From Dudresnaya verticillata (Eukaryota): a stretch of DNA of 64,000 bases. This document shows positions 1 to 11,264 of the stretch, in pieces. Each line of letters opens with the position of its first letter. The stretch's first letter is position 1. The translations under genes were made by a program, and so were the position numbers. The stretch covers positions 372,001 through 436,000 of the forward strand of contig OZ374566.1 of NCBI GenBank assembly GCA_977862235.1, given 5' to 3'. The notes beneath the pieces are model-generated. The model was not told where the DNA came from. It searched no databases and saw nothing but the letters and a program-made list of their open reading frames with translations.

Positions 1-2460
1 TCAATTGCACAAGCTGCAGCTTCTGTAATCTGCAGCTGGAATGCTTCTGGAACCAGCTCAGCGTTCCAGCGGAAGGCTTCCGGGCCGGGAGCACCCTGCG
101 GAGCGGGGCGCCTCCGCGAAGGGTACTACATATGCGAATGGCACGACGACAGGACCATTCTGCGTGGTTGAGAGAAGCAACTCAACGAGCCGCAGACGTA
201 TCCTGAAAGGTACCTACAATACCAGACTGGTCAGGAGTGAGCGACGGGCAACTGATGCCTCCGGCAGTGCGCGGAAGGAGAGCAGTTCACACTGCCCAAG
301 CTGCGCCCTCGACTGATCGTAAAGGCGCGTGCCTGACGTTTCGACACGTACGCGCGAATTTCAGCGCTCCAGGAGTGGAACAAAGCCGCTTTTTATCGCT
401 CCGCACCAGTTTCTGCACCCTGCAGTCGCCCACACGCAGTTTCAAGCGCGCCCGGCGGGTAAAGCAGCGGGCGGCCATATAGTAATAAACAAGACGTCAT
501 AGGGCTTCGATTCGATACTGCACTACTGTACTGAACTGTACCAGCGAGTGATCCCGTGTGCAGGCGACGGCGGTGGGGCGGCGGTGGCGGCGGCGGAGGC
601 GGCCGCGCACGCACACACATCCGCAGTCTGCGCCATTAAGCAGAGCGCCCCGACGCCCAGCACGTAGGCCTCGCCAGTAAATTCTCGCCGCGCGCGCTAC
701 AGTACGTAAGTTTATTCGCGCCGAAATGGACACTGCTCATTGCGCCCGCCATCCGGCTGATCTGCGCGAAATCTGCAGCAGCTCGCCAAGCGCGTGGGGG
801 CGGCGAGGACTAGTGACGGCGCGTTTGGCGGGAGCGCAAGGCACGACACCGTCCTTTTGGCCTTTGGGGTCGTCGATACACTTGCGCTTGCGCGGCAGAT
901 GCTGCTACTGTACAATACAGTACTACTATTTCCACCTTTGGTGGCGTCATTGGAGCAACTGTGCACAGCTCTCATCTTGGCGATCCGCGCGAGTGGCGCG
1001 TGGCGAAGCCGTGGCTAGTGTTGTAACATTAACATGGTAGAGAAGCTGGCGCTCGTGCCCACGTGTGTGTACTGTAGATATCTGGCACTTAAACGTGGCG
1101 AGTGCGTCAGAAGTTGCTTTTGTGCCATGCCAAGAGCTCAACTTCACCTCCTGCGCAGCGTGCTTCGGGCACCTTTGCATCTTCGCCGACTTGCATCGCC
1201 GAAGGTATAGCTTGCAACATTAGATTGCCGCCAGCCTCGTTTAGAGCAGGGGTAAGAATGCGGGACAGTATTGCAACTGCTGCTCAATGACTTGTGTCCC
1301 CGAAGCACACAAGCATGAAACATGCCGTGCTGGGTGGTGGGCTCGGCCTGCGGTACTGAAACTGCTAGCTACCCAGTTACAGTGCCATGCCAAGCACTGG
1401 CGACCTTGTTAAGCACTGGCGCAGGCTGACTGAGAATAAAAATACAGAGAAAGAGAGAGAGAGGCACGAGCTTTGCTTGTTTGCATACACCGACCGACAG
1501 ACTGCAGTTGCCGAGATTACAGCTGGTGTGCGCTGATGGAAGTTAATGCTGACATCGACAGATGCATCGACAGATGTCTGCACAACCAGTACAACTCAGG
1601 ATATGAAAGAAAGACGACATCTTGTTGGACAAAAAAAAGGCTCATGATGAGCGACCGGGCTGCAATGGGGACTTTGTTCAGCAACGGCTGACCGCCGCGA
1701 ATGAATCAACAGCAATCGTTAGCGTTAGAGCTGAACTTGCAGATCAGTGTTCTGAACTCAGAAATGCTGCCGTGAGAAGAAGCTGCGGTCTTTGCCCTTT
1801 CCTCTTGTCCCGCAGCAGCCGGTCATGATGACAAGCGAAATGGGCCGCGACGGGAGGAGGGACAGTTGTCGCCGGCGCGACCGACAAGCTCAACCAAGCG
1901 GCGTCGAAGCTCCACGAAAGAGACTGCTGAATCCTCGCGTGGGGCCGCGGTGGGGACTGTCGACTGTAATGGCTCGGCTCGCAATTAACGAGAGGGGCAG
2001 GCGGTGCTTCCGGTCTCATCAGGGAGGACCCCGCAGAGGGCCCTACACGGGGCTGCCAGAAGCCGCCACCACGGGATTAAAGCACGCCACGTCGCGTTAT
2101 CAGAGCGCGTCGCGTCCGCGCCAGACCTTGCTGGTCATTGGCGCGTGCGCTTACTCACACACGCCAAAATGCGGCCGGTGAGCAGGTTGCACGCGTCAAG
2201 TGCGCACCGCCCACCCCCCGCCTCGAGCGAGCCTGTTAACATCAACCAAAACACTCTCGTCCCGCCCAAAGCGACAATCCGCGTGTGTCCAGAGTGTCAG
2301 ACTTGTTCAAAGCCTTTGCAACTTGCCTGTGCTATCCGAGGGAGAGCGCAACACCCCAAGCGTCCCGCGAATTGGCGGGTGCTCGCGAGTATTACGAGCA
2401 GCCACCCGCGTCTCCACACCCCACCCACACCCCTCCGTGCAAGACACCAGACGCACCGCC

Positions 2461-4155
2461 ATGTCCAACGCCGCGTCGCGGCGCTTCCGCGGCGCGAATG
2501 CCTTGCCCACCACGTCCACCGTCTTCTCCGCCACAGGTAATTCTGGTGCCCCAGGCGCGTGCTCGCCCCCGCGCCGCTTCACTCGCGCAATGCCGCCCTT
2601 CGGCCTGGCCCCAAGCATCAAGGCAAGAGCACCGCTATCGCGCGGCCTCGTGGCCGTCGTCTCCGCCATTGCAGCAGCTGCCTTTGTCCTCCTCGGCTTG
2701 GGCGGCCGCCCCAGCTTCGATGGTCTTGTCGGCCATCACGGCCTAGCTCGGTATACTCATGCTGCTTCCCACTTCCGACGACACCTCGCGCCGGAGCAGC
2801 TTGAGGCCTTCTATCGAGAGAAGGCAGCTGAGATTGACCGTGATGCGTATGCACGCGTCGTCAGTGACAACAGGGAGTTTGTAATTACAGACCGAGTTGC
2901 AGATCCTTACTTCACCAAGTGCATGCTCTCACCGGAGCATGCGGTCATGCACGCATCGCTGCGCCGCGGCCCGGACGGCAAGGAGATCGCAGGCCGCCAG
3001 TTCGCACGGCAACCGCGCGACTTTGAAGATACGTTCGCCACCATCGATCGGAAGCGCTACTACTTCCACCCAGACAGACCTGCTGTTCAGACCGTCGATG
3101 CACACGGCGCAGCACTGGATGCCGATTTGGACGATGCGATTCAGGTCGCAATGAAGGTTGTGTTCAAGGACGCCGGCTCACCGCTTCTCAATCCACAAAT
3201 GCCTATCGCATACATGCGCTCGACGCGTCGCGACGGGACAACCACAATTATCAACCTTGGAGGAGACATTAACAAGACAACCAAGGGCGTTGCCACTGCA
3301 ATGAAGTTGCGACGCATTGTAACTGTGAGTCGCTCGCCCGGTAAGCCGTGCGAGGTGACTTTCACTCGACCACGCGAGCTGGTGCGTATTCATGTTTTGT
3401 TGGCGTACTCGGGGCGGCCAAACCGGCTTGCTGCTTTCTTGAAAATGTTTGCTGGATACTTCCGAAGCACCAAGTCAGACCTTGTGCGTATCATAGTGTC
3501 GACAACAGAAGCGGAAAAGGACTCTGTGCTGAAGACGGCAGGAAAGCTGCCCGAGATGAATAGCAGGCGGTTCAGCGTGGTGACGTCAAGTGGTGATGAG
3601 TTTGGCAATTTCTCAAGGGCCGTGGCGATGCGAGAGGCTGCCAAGACAGTACCGAATGATGAGGTGATGTTCTTGTCGGATGCAGACTTGGCAATTGGCG
3701 GCAACTTTTTGCAAAACTGCAGGGTGAACATCGCGAAAGGGTACCAGGTGTGGTTTCCGGTGATGTTCTCGTTGTACCCATACGGCAAGTCGCTTTCAAG
3801 TCGCGATGGAATTTGGCGGAGGAGCAGTTACGGGATGGCTTGTATGTACGCTTCGGACTTCAACGCGGTAGGCGGGTTTGGCGGTAAGGAAGAGACGGAC
3901 TTCACCGGATGGGGCTCCGAGGATGTATTCTTGTACAATCGGTTCCGCGACAGTGACAAGTATGGAGTACTGCGCTCCCTCGAGCCAGGATTGCAGCACC
4001 AGTGGCATGGGAAGGACTGCGAGCATAATGCGCATTATGAAGACTGCATGCGCACAGTGTACATGACGATTGGGAGCCAGGACGCTATTGCAAAGCTGAT
4101 GGCGGAGAAGCACATGGATATATCCTCACTGACCAAGGATGCGTTGCCTGTGTAG
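2461..4155 (+). CDS. Chondroitin synthase / CHGN-like (GT7-type) type II membrane glycosyltransferase
   Basis: N-terminal TM (LVAVVSAIAAAAFVLLGL), FSRAVAM, DxD (FLSDADL), QVWFPVMFS, GIWRRSSYGMACMY, GGF...GWGSED GT7 C-terminal motif. First ATG at 2461. Confidence 0.8.
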   Translation: MSNAASRRFRGANALPTTSTVFSATGNSGAPGACSPPRRFTRAMPPFGLAPSIKARAPLSRGLVAVVSAIAAAAFVLLGLGGRPSFDGLVGHHGLARYTHAASHFRRHLAPEQLEAFYREKAAEIDRDAYARVVSDNREFVITDRVADPYFTKCMLSPEHAVMHASLRRGPDGKEIAGRQFARQPRDFEDTFATIDRKRYYFHPDRPAVQTVDAHGAALDADLDDAIQVAMKVVFKDAGSPLLNPQMPIAYMRSTRRDGTTTIINLGGDINKTTKGVATAMKLRRIVTVSRSPGKPCEVTFTRPRELVRIHVLLAYSGRPNRLAAFLKMFAGYFRSTKSDLVRIIVSTTEAEKDSVLKTAGKLPEMNSRRFSVVTSSGDEFGNFSRAVAMREAAKTVPNDEVMFLSDADLAIGGNFLQNCRVNIAKGYQVWFPVMFSLYPYGKSLSSRDGIWRRSSYGMACMYASDFNAVGGFGGKEETDFTGWGSEDVFLYNRFRDSDKYGVLRSLEPGLQHQWHGKDCEHNAHYEDCMRTVYMTIGSQDAIAKLMAEKHMDISSLTKDALPV

Positions 4156-4413
4156 AATAGGCGCAGAAAGGGTGACGACCCTCCGCTCCCTCCCTCCTCC
4201 CCGACTGTGACGTGGCTAATTTTGGATAGGACGTAGCTTGGTGCGGCGCTTTCGTTGCAGAGCTCTGCCGACGCACTTGTATAAACTGTTTGACTTTCCG
4301 CGTTGGACCAACTTCCATCGCCACACTTTCACTTCACTACACTTTCGCTTCGCTGCAGTTGCGCTCCGCTTTTCGTTTCGATTAAGATCCTTACACTTTG
4401 CTCAATTTACACG

Positions 4414-5232
4414 CTACGCCCCTATCTGCGGCGGTACTCTCAAAAAGTTCGCCAGTCTTCCGCAAACAGCTGTAGCAACCCTCCTTTCCACCACCCCGAA
4501 GAACTCGGGATCCTTCGATGCAAGCACAAGCACGGCCCCGTCCTCACCAATAGGCAGCACGGCAGCTGCTCTAACACTTTGCTTCAGAAACGGCAACCTC
4601 TGATTCCCGTCCACCCGAACTACCTCCGGACTCCCAGACCGGCCCACGCTCACAGGCATTTCCCCAAGCTCTGCTGTATTGCCAACAAGCTCCCCGGCCA
4701 CCCAGACAACATCACCTGCCGCATCTACCACGACCACGGCGGCACACCCATCCAAATCCGTCAACGAAGAAGCGGCCCACGACAGCTCCTCCTCCACCCG
4801 CGGCGCACCCGGCAGCACCTCCGCCACGTCCAGGTAATCGTTAATGTCAACGCCCACAGTATTAAGATCCAGCTGCGCTGTTGGAGACAAGGCCGCAGCC
4901 GGCGCCGGCGCCTCCACAGCCTTCTTAGGCTTCAGACCTGCGGAAAGGCCGACAATCCCGCGCGCGGCCGGCTCTGGATCCGGCTCACTGCTCTCCGTCC
5001 CTGGTGCGTCCTCCGACGGAGGATCCTCGCGGGTCACGAAGTAGTACGTTCCGGCTGCAAGCACAACCAGCGAGACCACCTCGCCGATTGCAGAGGTGGT
5101 GGTGAGCATTGCCGGTGCGCGAGAATAACGGCGCGCGCGGCGCGAAGGGGAGCGGGCGGGGCAGCGCTGCAGCGATGGCGGCACCGCGCGCAGCGGTGGT
5201 GCCGCCGCGATAAACGACGTCGGGCTCCGCAT
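4414..5232 (-). CDS. Cofactor assembly of complex C subunit B (CCB2/CCB4-like), plastid-targeted
   Basis: Transit-like N-terminus and one TM, then ELSWAASSL...LPFL...VLPIGEDGAVLVLAS..PEFF...AVCGRL, resembling the CCB2/CCB4 pattern. Confidence 0.6.
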   Translation of the reverse strand: MRSPTSFIAAAPPLRAVPPSLQRCPARSPSRRARRYSRAPAMLTTTSAIGEVVSLVVLAAGTYYFVTREDPPSEDAPGTESSEPDPEPAARGIVGLSAGLKPKKAVEAPAPAAALSPTAQLDLNTVGVDINDYLDVAEVLPGAPRVEEELSWAASSLTDLDGCAAVVVVDAAGDVVWVAGELVGNTAELGEMPVSVGRSGSPEVVRVDGNQRLPFLKQSVRAAAVLPIGEDGAVLVLASKDPEFFGVVERRVATAVCGRLANFLRVPPQIGA

Positions 5233-5694
5233 GTTGCACCGTTGACGGTGTTTGCTCCTACCACGCGGATCGGTAGGCCGTTAGGTTTGGGAAGATGGCG
5301 TCGGTGGGTGATCCGAACGAGACTGCGCGAGGCGGACGCGAGATACAAGGACGGAAGTATGATTCGCTGCGCTGCATCTCCAGCAGTGAATTGCGAATAA
5401 TTCTCGAACGGCCCATTTTCAGCGAGATGAGTCATCCGAGGCATCAGCCCTTTTTAGAGTGCCTGTTCGCTACATCTGTACAGTATTGCCCGGCCGGTCA
5501 ATCCACTTCGCTTCTTCCGCGCCGCAGGCGCCGACAGGGAGCACAACTTCAATCGCGAACAGGCGACGACGCCGTTGCCGCCGACGACAAGAGGTCCTTC
5601 TGCCACTTTTGGTACCACGATATCACCCCCGCATCTTTCTTCCCAACTGGGCATCCCCGTCCCTCCCATTCCCTCTCCGACTGCACCCTCCTCA

Positions 5695-7137
5695 ATGGCG
5701 TTCGCAACCCCGGCCGCAGTAGGCGTGCCACGCCACTCGCTCCCGGCCATCTCACCTCATCGCACACCGCTCCGATTCGCGCGCTCGCGACGCACACAAG
5801 CTACTTCACCCACGCCCGTCATGACGGCATCTCCCACAGCCGACTCGCTCCCGCTTAGCCCGATCAGCACCCTCTCCGGCACGATCGACCTCCCAGGTTC
5901 CAAGTCGCTTTCAAACCGAGTGCTACTTCTCGCGGCACTCTCCCGCGGTACAACGACAATCTCCAACCTGCTCTCGTCAGACGACATTCGCTACATGAAG
6001 GAGGCGCTCACAGCGCTCGGCGTTAAGCACGAAGCCGGGGCAGACGGTACGGTCACCGTCCAAGGCTGTGGCGGTGAGTTCCCGGCCAGTTCGGCCGACC
6101 TCTTCCTTGGGAATGCTGGAACCGCCATGCGCCCGCTGTCGGCGGCACTGTGCACTCTGCGCGCCGCCGGCACGTACGTGCTCGATGGGACGCCGCGCAT
6201 GCGTGAGCGACCTATCATCGACCTGGTCGACGCGCTCCAGCAGCTCGGCGTGGACGTGTCGTGCTCTGCGACAGGATGTCCCCCGGTGACCATCCGCAAC
6301 ACGCCAGCTGGACTGCCCGGTGGTGTGGCGTCGGTCAGTGGCAAGATCTCTAGCCAGTACTTGAGCGCCTTGCTCATGGCAGCGCCACTGGCAGCGTCGG
6401 ACGTCACCATCGAAATCAAGGACACGCTCGTCTCCGTCCCGTACGTCAAGATGACAATCAACCTGATGCGTCGCTTCGGCGTAGAGGTGGAGAGCGATGC
6501 GAGCAACACGAAGTTTGTCGTGCGTGCGGGGCAGAGCTACACGTCGCCGGGGAACATCTTTGTTGAAGGCGACGCATCGTCAGCTAGCTACTTCCTCTCC
6601 GGTGCAGCCATCACTGGGGGACCGGTCACTGTCCATGGGTGCGGTTCCGACTCGATTCAGGGCGACGTCGAGTATGCGCGTGTGCTGGAGCTCATGGGCG
6701 CCAAGGTGGAGTGGAGCGACACTGCGATCACCGTATCACGAGAGCCCGGCACACGACTCAAGGGTGTCGACGTAGACTGCGTGGACATCCCGGATGCGGC
6801 GATGAGCCTCGCGACAACGGCGTTGTTCGCCGAGGGTCCGACTGCGATTCGCAACGTTTACAACTGGCGTGTGAAGGAGACAGAGCGCATGAAGGCCATC
6901 GTTACCGAGCTTCGGAAGCTCGGCGCCGAGGTGGAGGAGGGGCATGACTATTGCGTCATCCAGCCACCGGCGGTTATCAAACCGAACGTGCCCATTGATA
7001 CTTATGACGACCACCGCATGGCAATGTCGTTCTCTCTCGTCGCTTGTGGAGGCACGCCTGTTATCATTCGTGACCCTAAGTGCACCGCAAAAACGTTCCC
7101 CACGTACTTTGACGAGCTCGCCAGGCTTACTTCGTAG
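5695..7137 (+). CDS. aroA: 3-phosphoshikimate 1-carboxyvinyltransferase (EPSP synthase), plastid-targeted
   Basis: [48 protein letters not shown] motifs; MAFATP transit peptide starting at ATG 5695. Confidence 0.97.
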   Translation: MAFATPAAVGVPRHSLPAISPHRTPLRFARSRRTQATSPTPVMTASPTADSLPLSPISTLSGTIDLPGSKSLSNRVLLLAALSRGTTTISNLLSSDDIRYMKEALTALGVKHEAGADGTVTVQGCGGEFPASSADLFLGNAGTAMRPLSAALCTLRAAGTYVLDGTPRMRERPIIDLVDALQQLGVDVSCSATGCPPVTIRNTPAGLPGGVASVSGKISSQYLSALLMAAPLAASDVTIEIKDTLVSVPYVKMTINLMRRFGVEVESDASNTKFVVRAGQSYTSPGNIFVEGDASSASYFLSGAAITGGPVTVHGCGSDSIQGDVEYARVLELMGAKVEWSDTAITVSREPGTRLKGVDVDCVDIPDAAMSLATTALFAEGPTAIRNVYNWRVKETERMKAIVTELRKLGAEVEEGHDYCVIQPPAVIKPNVPIDTYDDHRMAMSFSLVACGGTPVIIRDPKCTAKTFPTYFDELARLTS

Positions 7138-7222
7138 ACAGGTAGTTTGCAGACTCGTGCACGATGCAATAAACTGACGCTACTCCAGTGCGACCCCAAG
7201 TACTTGGACGAAACTTCCCGAG

Positions 7223-7714
7223 CTATTCATCTAGCAGCAGGCCCTCGAAAAGGTCTGCAACATCTTGCCCTCCGTTCCCATTCCCCGCCAAATCCCCCTC
7301 CTCTTCACCCACGCTACCCGTTTCTCCGTCTGTCGAGTTCTCATCAGAGGCCAGCGCAGCCTCAGTCCCCACGAGCCACGGTGCGGAATCAAACGGGGAG
7401 CCGTCAACGTTCTCCATCCTGTCCAGGGCGACGCGCACGCGGCGCTCGCAGCAGTTGCACCGTACGAAAAGCGGGCCTCCCGCGAGCTGCGCCGGGCGCA
7501 GCATGAGCGAGTTGAAGCACGTCGGACACGACACATACGTCGTGATGTCCGTCGTGTCCACGTCGCCGTCGTACAGGATCGGGTCAAGCCGCGCTACCGA
7601 CGGACGCCCCTTCGCACGCCGCTGCCGCGGGCGACGCCCGCCGCTGTTTCCGCCCCGACGCGCGTGGCATGAAGGAGGGGACCTGTACGCGGGGGTGGAC
7701 AGGACAAACGCCAT
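7223..7714 (-). CDS. Small plastid-targeted zinc-ribbon protein (CxxC...CxxC, MJ0042-like) with acidic tail
   Basis: MAFVLS transit peptide; CPTC-x19-CNCC; Asp/Glu-rich C-terminus. Confidence 0.6.
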   Translation of the reverse strand: MAFVLSTPAYRSPPSCHARRGGNSGGRRPRQRRAKGRPSVARLDPILYDGDVDTTDITTYVSCPTCFNSLMLRPAQLAGGPLFVRCNCCERRVRVALDRMENVDGSPFDSAPWLVGTEAALASDENSTDGETGSVGEEEGDLAGNGNGGQDVADLFEGLLLDE

Positions 7715-8053
7715 TGCCGTTGGGAAGGGAAATCGGGGTAGGGAAGAAAGAGGAGGTATCCTATTGATGAAAGGACGAGGGTTTTGCAAGAGGGCTTTTG
7801 GTTGATCTCAAAAGAATCCAGGATGATAATAATGTTACCCCGTCCGAATGATTCGCCGCTGAAACTACAGTACTGTACATACTGTACAATACAACCAACG
7901 CTATTTCCAACGCGCCCGCCAAAAAGTTGACGAAGGCCGACACACTCCCGCCCCCCAACCACCCGCCGCGTCGCTCCCTACCGCAACCGCGCCCTACGCC
8001 CAACGCACCAACCCAAGCGCGCTGCTTTCCCCCGCAGTCTCTCGCACTCGAAA

Positions 8054-8406
8054 ATGGCGAGCGGCCACGCAGCGCGACAGTGGCTAGAGGCAGTCAAATT
8101 CGGCGTGTACCTGACCACGCCGGTGGTAGCGACCGTGTATCTGGGCACAGGCGCTTACCCGTACCTAGAGCGCATGATCCACCAGGTACGTCCACGCATC
8201 CCCTCCGCGCGCGGCCGAGCGCGCCTCCCCCAGCCTCGTCGCTGTGCTAACCGACCGCGGCCCCCCACCTCCCGGCGCTCGCGTCCCCGCAGACCGCATA
8301 CATCGTCTACCCGCCCGAGGGCCCTGCGCCGCCCACCTCCACCTCCGACGTGGAAGACGCGCGCCGGCGGCGCAAAGAAGCACGGGGAAAGCCGGCAGAC
8401 GCTTGA
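8054..8406 (+). CDS. PET100: PET100-like cytochrome c oxidase assembly factor, 2 exons (8054-8185, 8293-8406)
   Basis: LEAVKFGVYLTTPV in exon 1. Intron GTACGT(8186)..GCTAAC..CCCCGCAG(8292). Splicing gives YIVYPPEGPAPP, matching the plant-type PET100 pattern, and a stop at 8406. Confidence 0.85.
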
Positions 8407-8516
8407 CAAGGCGCGCCGCACGCGCGCAGACATAGAATACCACATCACCTGCATATGCATAAAAGTACAAGCCCACAACACGCGCCGCACTTGAACCTCA
8501 GCACAGCAACCCGCTG

Positions 8517-9032
8517 TCACCGTCCTTTCCCATACCGCTGGTGGAACGAGAACTTGTCCTGCACTGCGGGTTTCGGGAAGAGCCAGACGAAGAAGAACGG
8601 GTCTGTGCCCGCGTTCCGGAACGCGTGCCTGGCGCGCGCAGCGATGTGCAGCAGCGCGCCGGGCGCCATCTCGCGGCGTTGGCCGGCCTCGTCGAACACG
8701 TGCGCGCGGCCGGCCAGCACGACGATGACCTCCTCGGTGGCGTGCGCGTGCGGCGGGACCCACGCGCCGGGCTCCAGGCGCTCCAGCCCCGCGTGCAGCG
8801 CGCGCGAGTCCACGGCCTCCCACAGCGTGCGGTTGGTGCGCGCGTCGGCGTGCAGCCGCTTGGGCGACAGCGACGACAGGCCCTCGCCGGAGAGCGCGTT
8901 GTAGATGCGCAGCTGCGGGTCGGGCTTGGACTGCGTGCGCGAGGACGCGTACAGGGTTATCAGAAGGCTCAGGCCGCCCACCAGCAGCGAGGCTAGCGTG
9001 GTCTGCGGGGCTGCCGGGCGTTCGAGGTCCAT
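8517..9032 (-). CDS. Single-domain cupin with N-terminal signal/TM anchor
   Basis: Cupin motif 1 PGAWVPPHAHATEEVIVVLAG; motif 2 GALLHIAARARHAFRN; hydrophobic LASLLVGGLSLLITLY near the N-terminus. ATG at 9032. Confidence 0.8.
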   Translation of the reverse strand: MDLERPAAPQTTLASLLVGGLSLLITLYASSRTQSKPDPQLRIYNALSGEGLSSLSPKRLHADARTNRTLWEAVDSRALHAGLERLEPGAWVPPHAHATEEVIVVLAGRAHVFDEAGQRREMAPGALLHIAARARHAFRNAGTDPFFFVWLFPKPAVQDKFSFHQRYGKGR

Positions 9033-11151
9033 GGCGGATGCGCGGGCAGGATGCGTGAGTGTGAGGCTGAGCGTTGGTGACAGCGGGGGGATGAAGGCGA
9101 CAGGAGGACGGGGCGGCGAGGTGACGTGAAGGCTGCTGATTGCTCGAGGAGGAATATGGCGGGAGCGGGTTTCTGTCGGAGCATGTGAAAGCGCGCTGCA
9201 CTGGCGCAGGTGCGACGAAGCGCGGTAGGTGCACACACACACACACACTGTGGAGTGTTGAGCTCCACAGTGCACTCGCGGCGTGTCAGCGCGGTAGAAA
9301 TGCAGGCGGTATGGAGGAGAGTGGCAGAGAGGTGCTCGTCGCTTTGATGAAAAGGTTTTTGATTCGTGCAGGCTGTGCGGCTGCGTTGGGCTAACCACTT
9401 TAACTGCTGACTGACTGACATATTCAGACTCAACTCAGCATCAGCTGTCGCGCCAGAAGAGCCCACGATGCCCCTGCTGCCCCGCTGATACGACGAGAGG
9501 CCACCACGCCGAAGACGCACTGGCGACGCGGTGCTGCGGAGCTGCGGAGCTGCCGTTTCGGAAAAGTTGTTTGCTGGTGGCACGACGCCTCGCGTGGGCG
9601 GCTGTGCAAGCTTCTCGTTGACATTCGCCAGATGAACCCCACCGTTCGCATAGACTCAAGGCGTTCCGCGGAGCTCACCTCCCCGGGATTTGCAAAGTGC
9701 TTCCAAAGCCTGCCGTCGGCTCGAAACCCCGTCGCGCACGCGTGTCGCGTTGTCGACGAGCCGCTTCTCCACCAACGCAGCTGCGCACGCCCCACATGAC
9801 GCTTCTGCCGCACTCCACGCACGGGCTACCCTGCCCCCACGCGGTGCGCGGGCGACGGCCGCGACGCAGCCGGCCAGTCGTGTTCCGCGCGGCAGCGCAA
9901 CGCAGTCGCTCGGGACGGACGGCACGCGCGGCGACGGCTCGTGGTGAGCGATGATGGCTCGCGCGCGGCGAGCGGGGACTGTCAGTGGCGCGCGGCGATG
10001 CTGCTGCGTGTTTCGGCGCGAGCGAAAAGTTGTTTCGGCGTATGACTGCTCAGGTGGGGCCGCGGGGTTCCATGCGGCGACGCGTGGCCGCCGGCGTGTG
10101 ACAGACTGCCCGATCGGATCGCGCGCGGTGAGGTACGACGCAGTGCTGCAGTACATGTACATGTACAGCATGAAATTTATTCATTTTTAGGTGCCGCGCT
10201 GATTGGCGCGCGCGCGCGCGCGCGGTGGAATCTCGCGGCCGCTGAGATTCCGCGGCGCGCCGAATGTATCCGCGGCGGAAGCGCGAGCGCGTGGGACGCG
10301 GCTAATCCGCGGGGCGGTGGAGGGAGGGAGGGAGGCGCGGCCGACTGATTCTGGCGGTGGCACGGGCGCCACCGCCGCGGCCGATCTGGCTGCCGATCTG
10401 CGCGTCGCCGCCGGCGAGGAGAGAGGAGCGAAGCGTGAACACAAAGCGCGCGTTCGGCGCGCGGCGCGCGTGCTGCGCCACCGCGGCACGTCATGCGCAA
10501 GAGCAGACAGCCGCGGCTGCTGCTGCGCTGTAATGCCATCTACATGGGCGGAGCTGTCCGACAGGATCCGCGCACGCGGCGCGCATTACCATGCCGCAGC
10601 GCGCACCCTCTCGGGCGGGCGTGGAAGCTGCCTGCAGAGGCAGCGCGCCCTGCGAAGCCAAGCTCCGTGCGGCGCGGTTGCGCGCGGCGCTTCCGGCGCG
10701 GCGCCAGCGCAGCGCGGCGTGCCGCGCCTGCGCCATGGCGCATTACCGTACATCTTGCCGCTTCCCTCCCCACGCGCCGCATGGCGCGCCACGCGCCGCC
10801 GCGCGCCCATTGGCCGCGCTGGCATGCCGCGCTTCGCGGCGCGCGCCGCCATTGGCCGCGCCCGCCAAATATCCAGCGCGGCCGCGCGCGCAATCTGGCG
10901 CGCCGAGATTTGCGGCACGGGCGCGCGAGCGGTGCCACGCCGGCCGATGTCAGCGCGCGCGCCGTAAACAACAGTACGAGCAAAGCGCCGCCACCGCCAC
11001 ATGCGCGCTCATGTTCCCGCCGTACCGCACTCCGTCTGTCCACCGCGCCGCGCCGCAGCGCAAGAAGGTATGCGCCCGTCGCGCATCCCCCCGCGCCTCC
11101 CCCGCGCCCGCCCCCACCCGCACCCGCGCCGCCGCCCCCGCCGCCGCCAAC

Positions 11152-11230
11152 ATGGGCATCCAAGCGCTCTCCGCCACGCTCCGCCGCCGCCTCAACGCGG
11201 CGCACCGCCCGCACCCGTGCAAGCCGCCGC

Positions 11231-11264
<34 letters not shown>

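Noticed and set aside
4303..5400. 365-aa plus-strand ORF
   Set aside because: Antisense shadow of the CCB-like gene with an implausible composition.
9430..10190. Possible gene between the cupin and the SAPS-like gene
   Set aside because: No recognisable motif, and no well-supported start or splice model.
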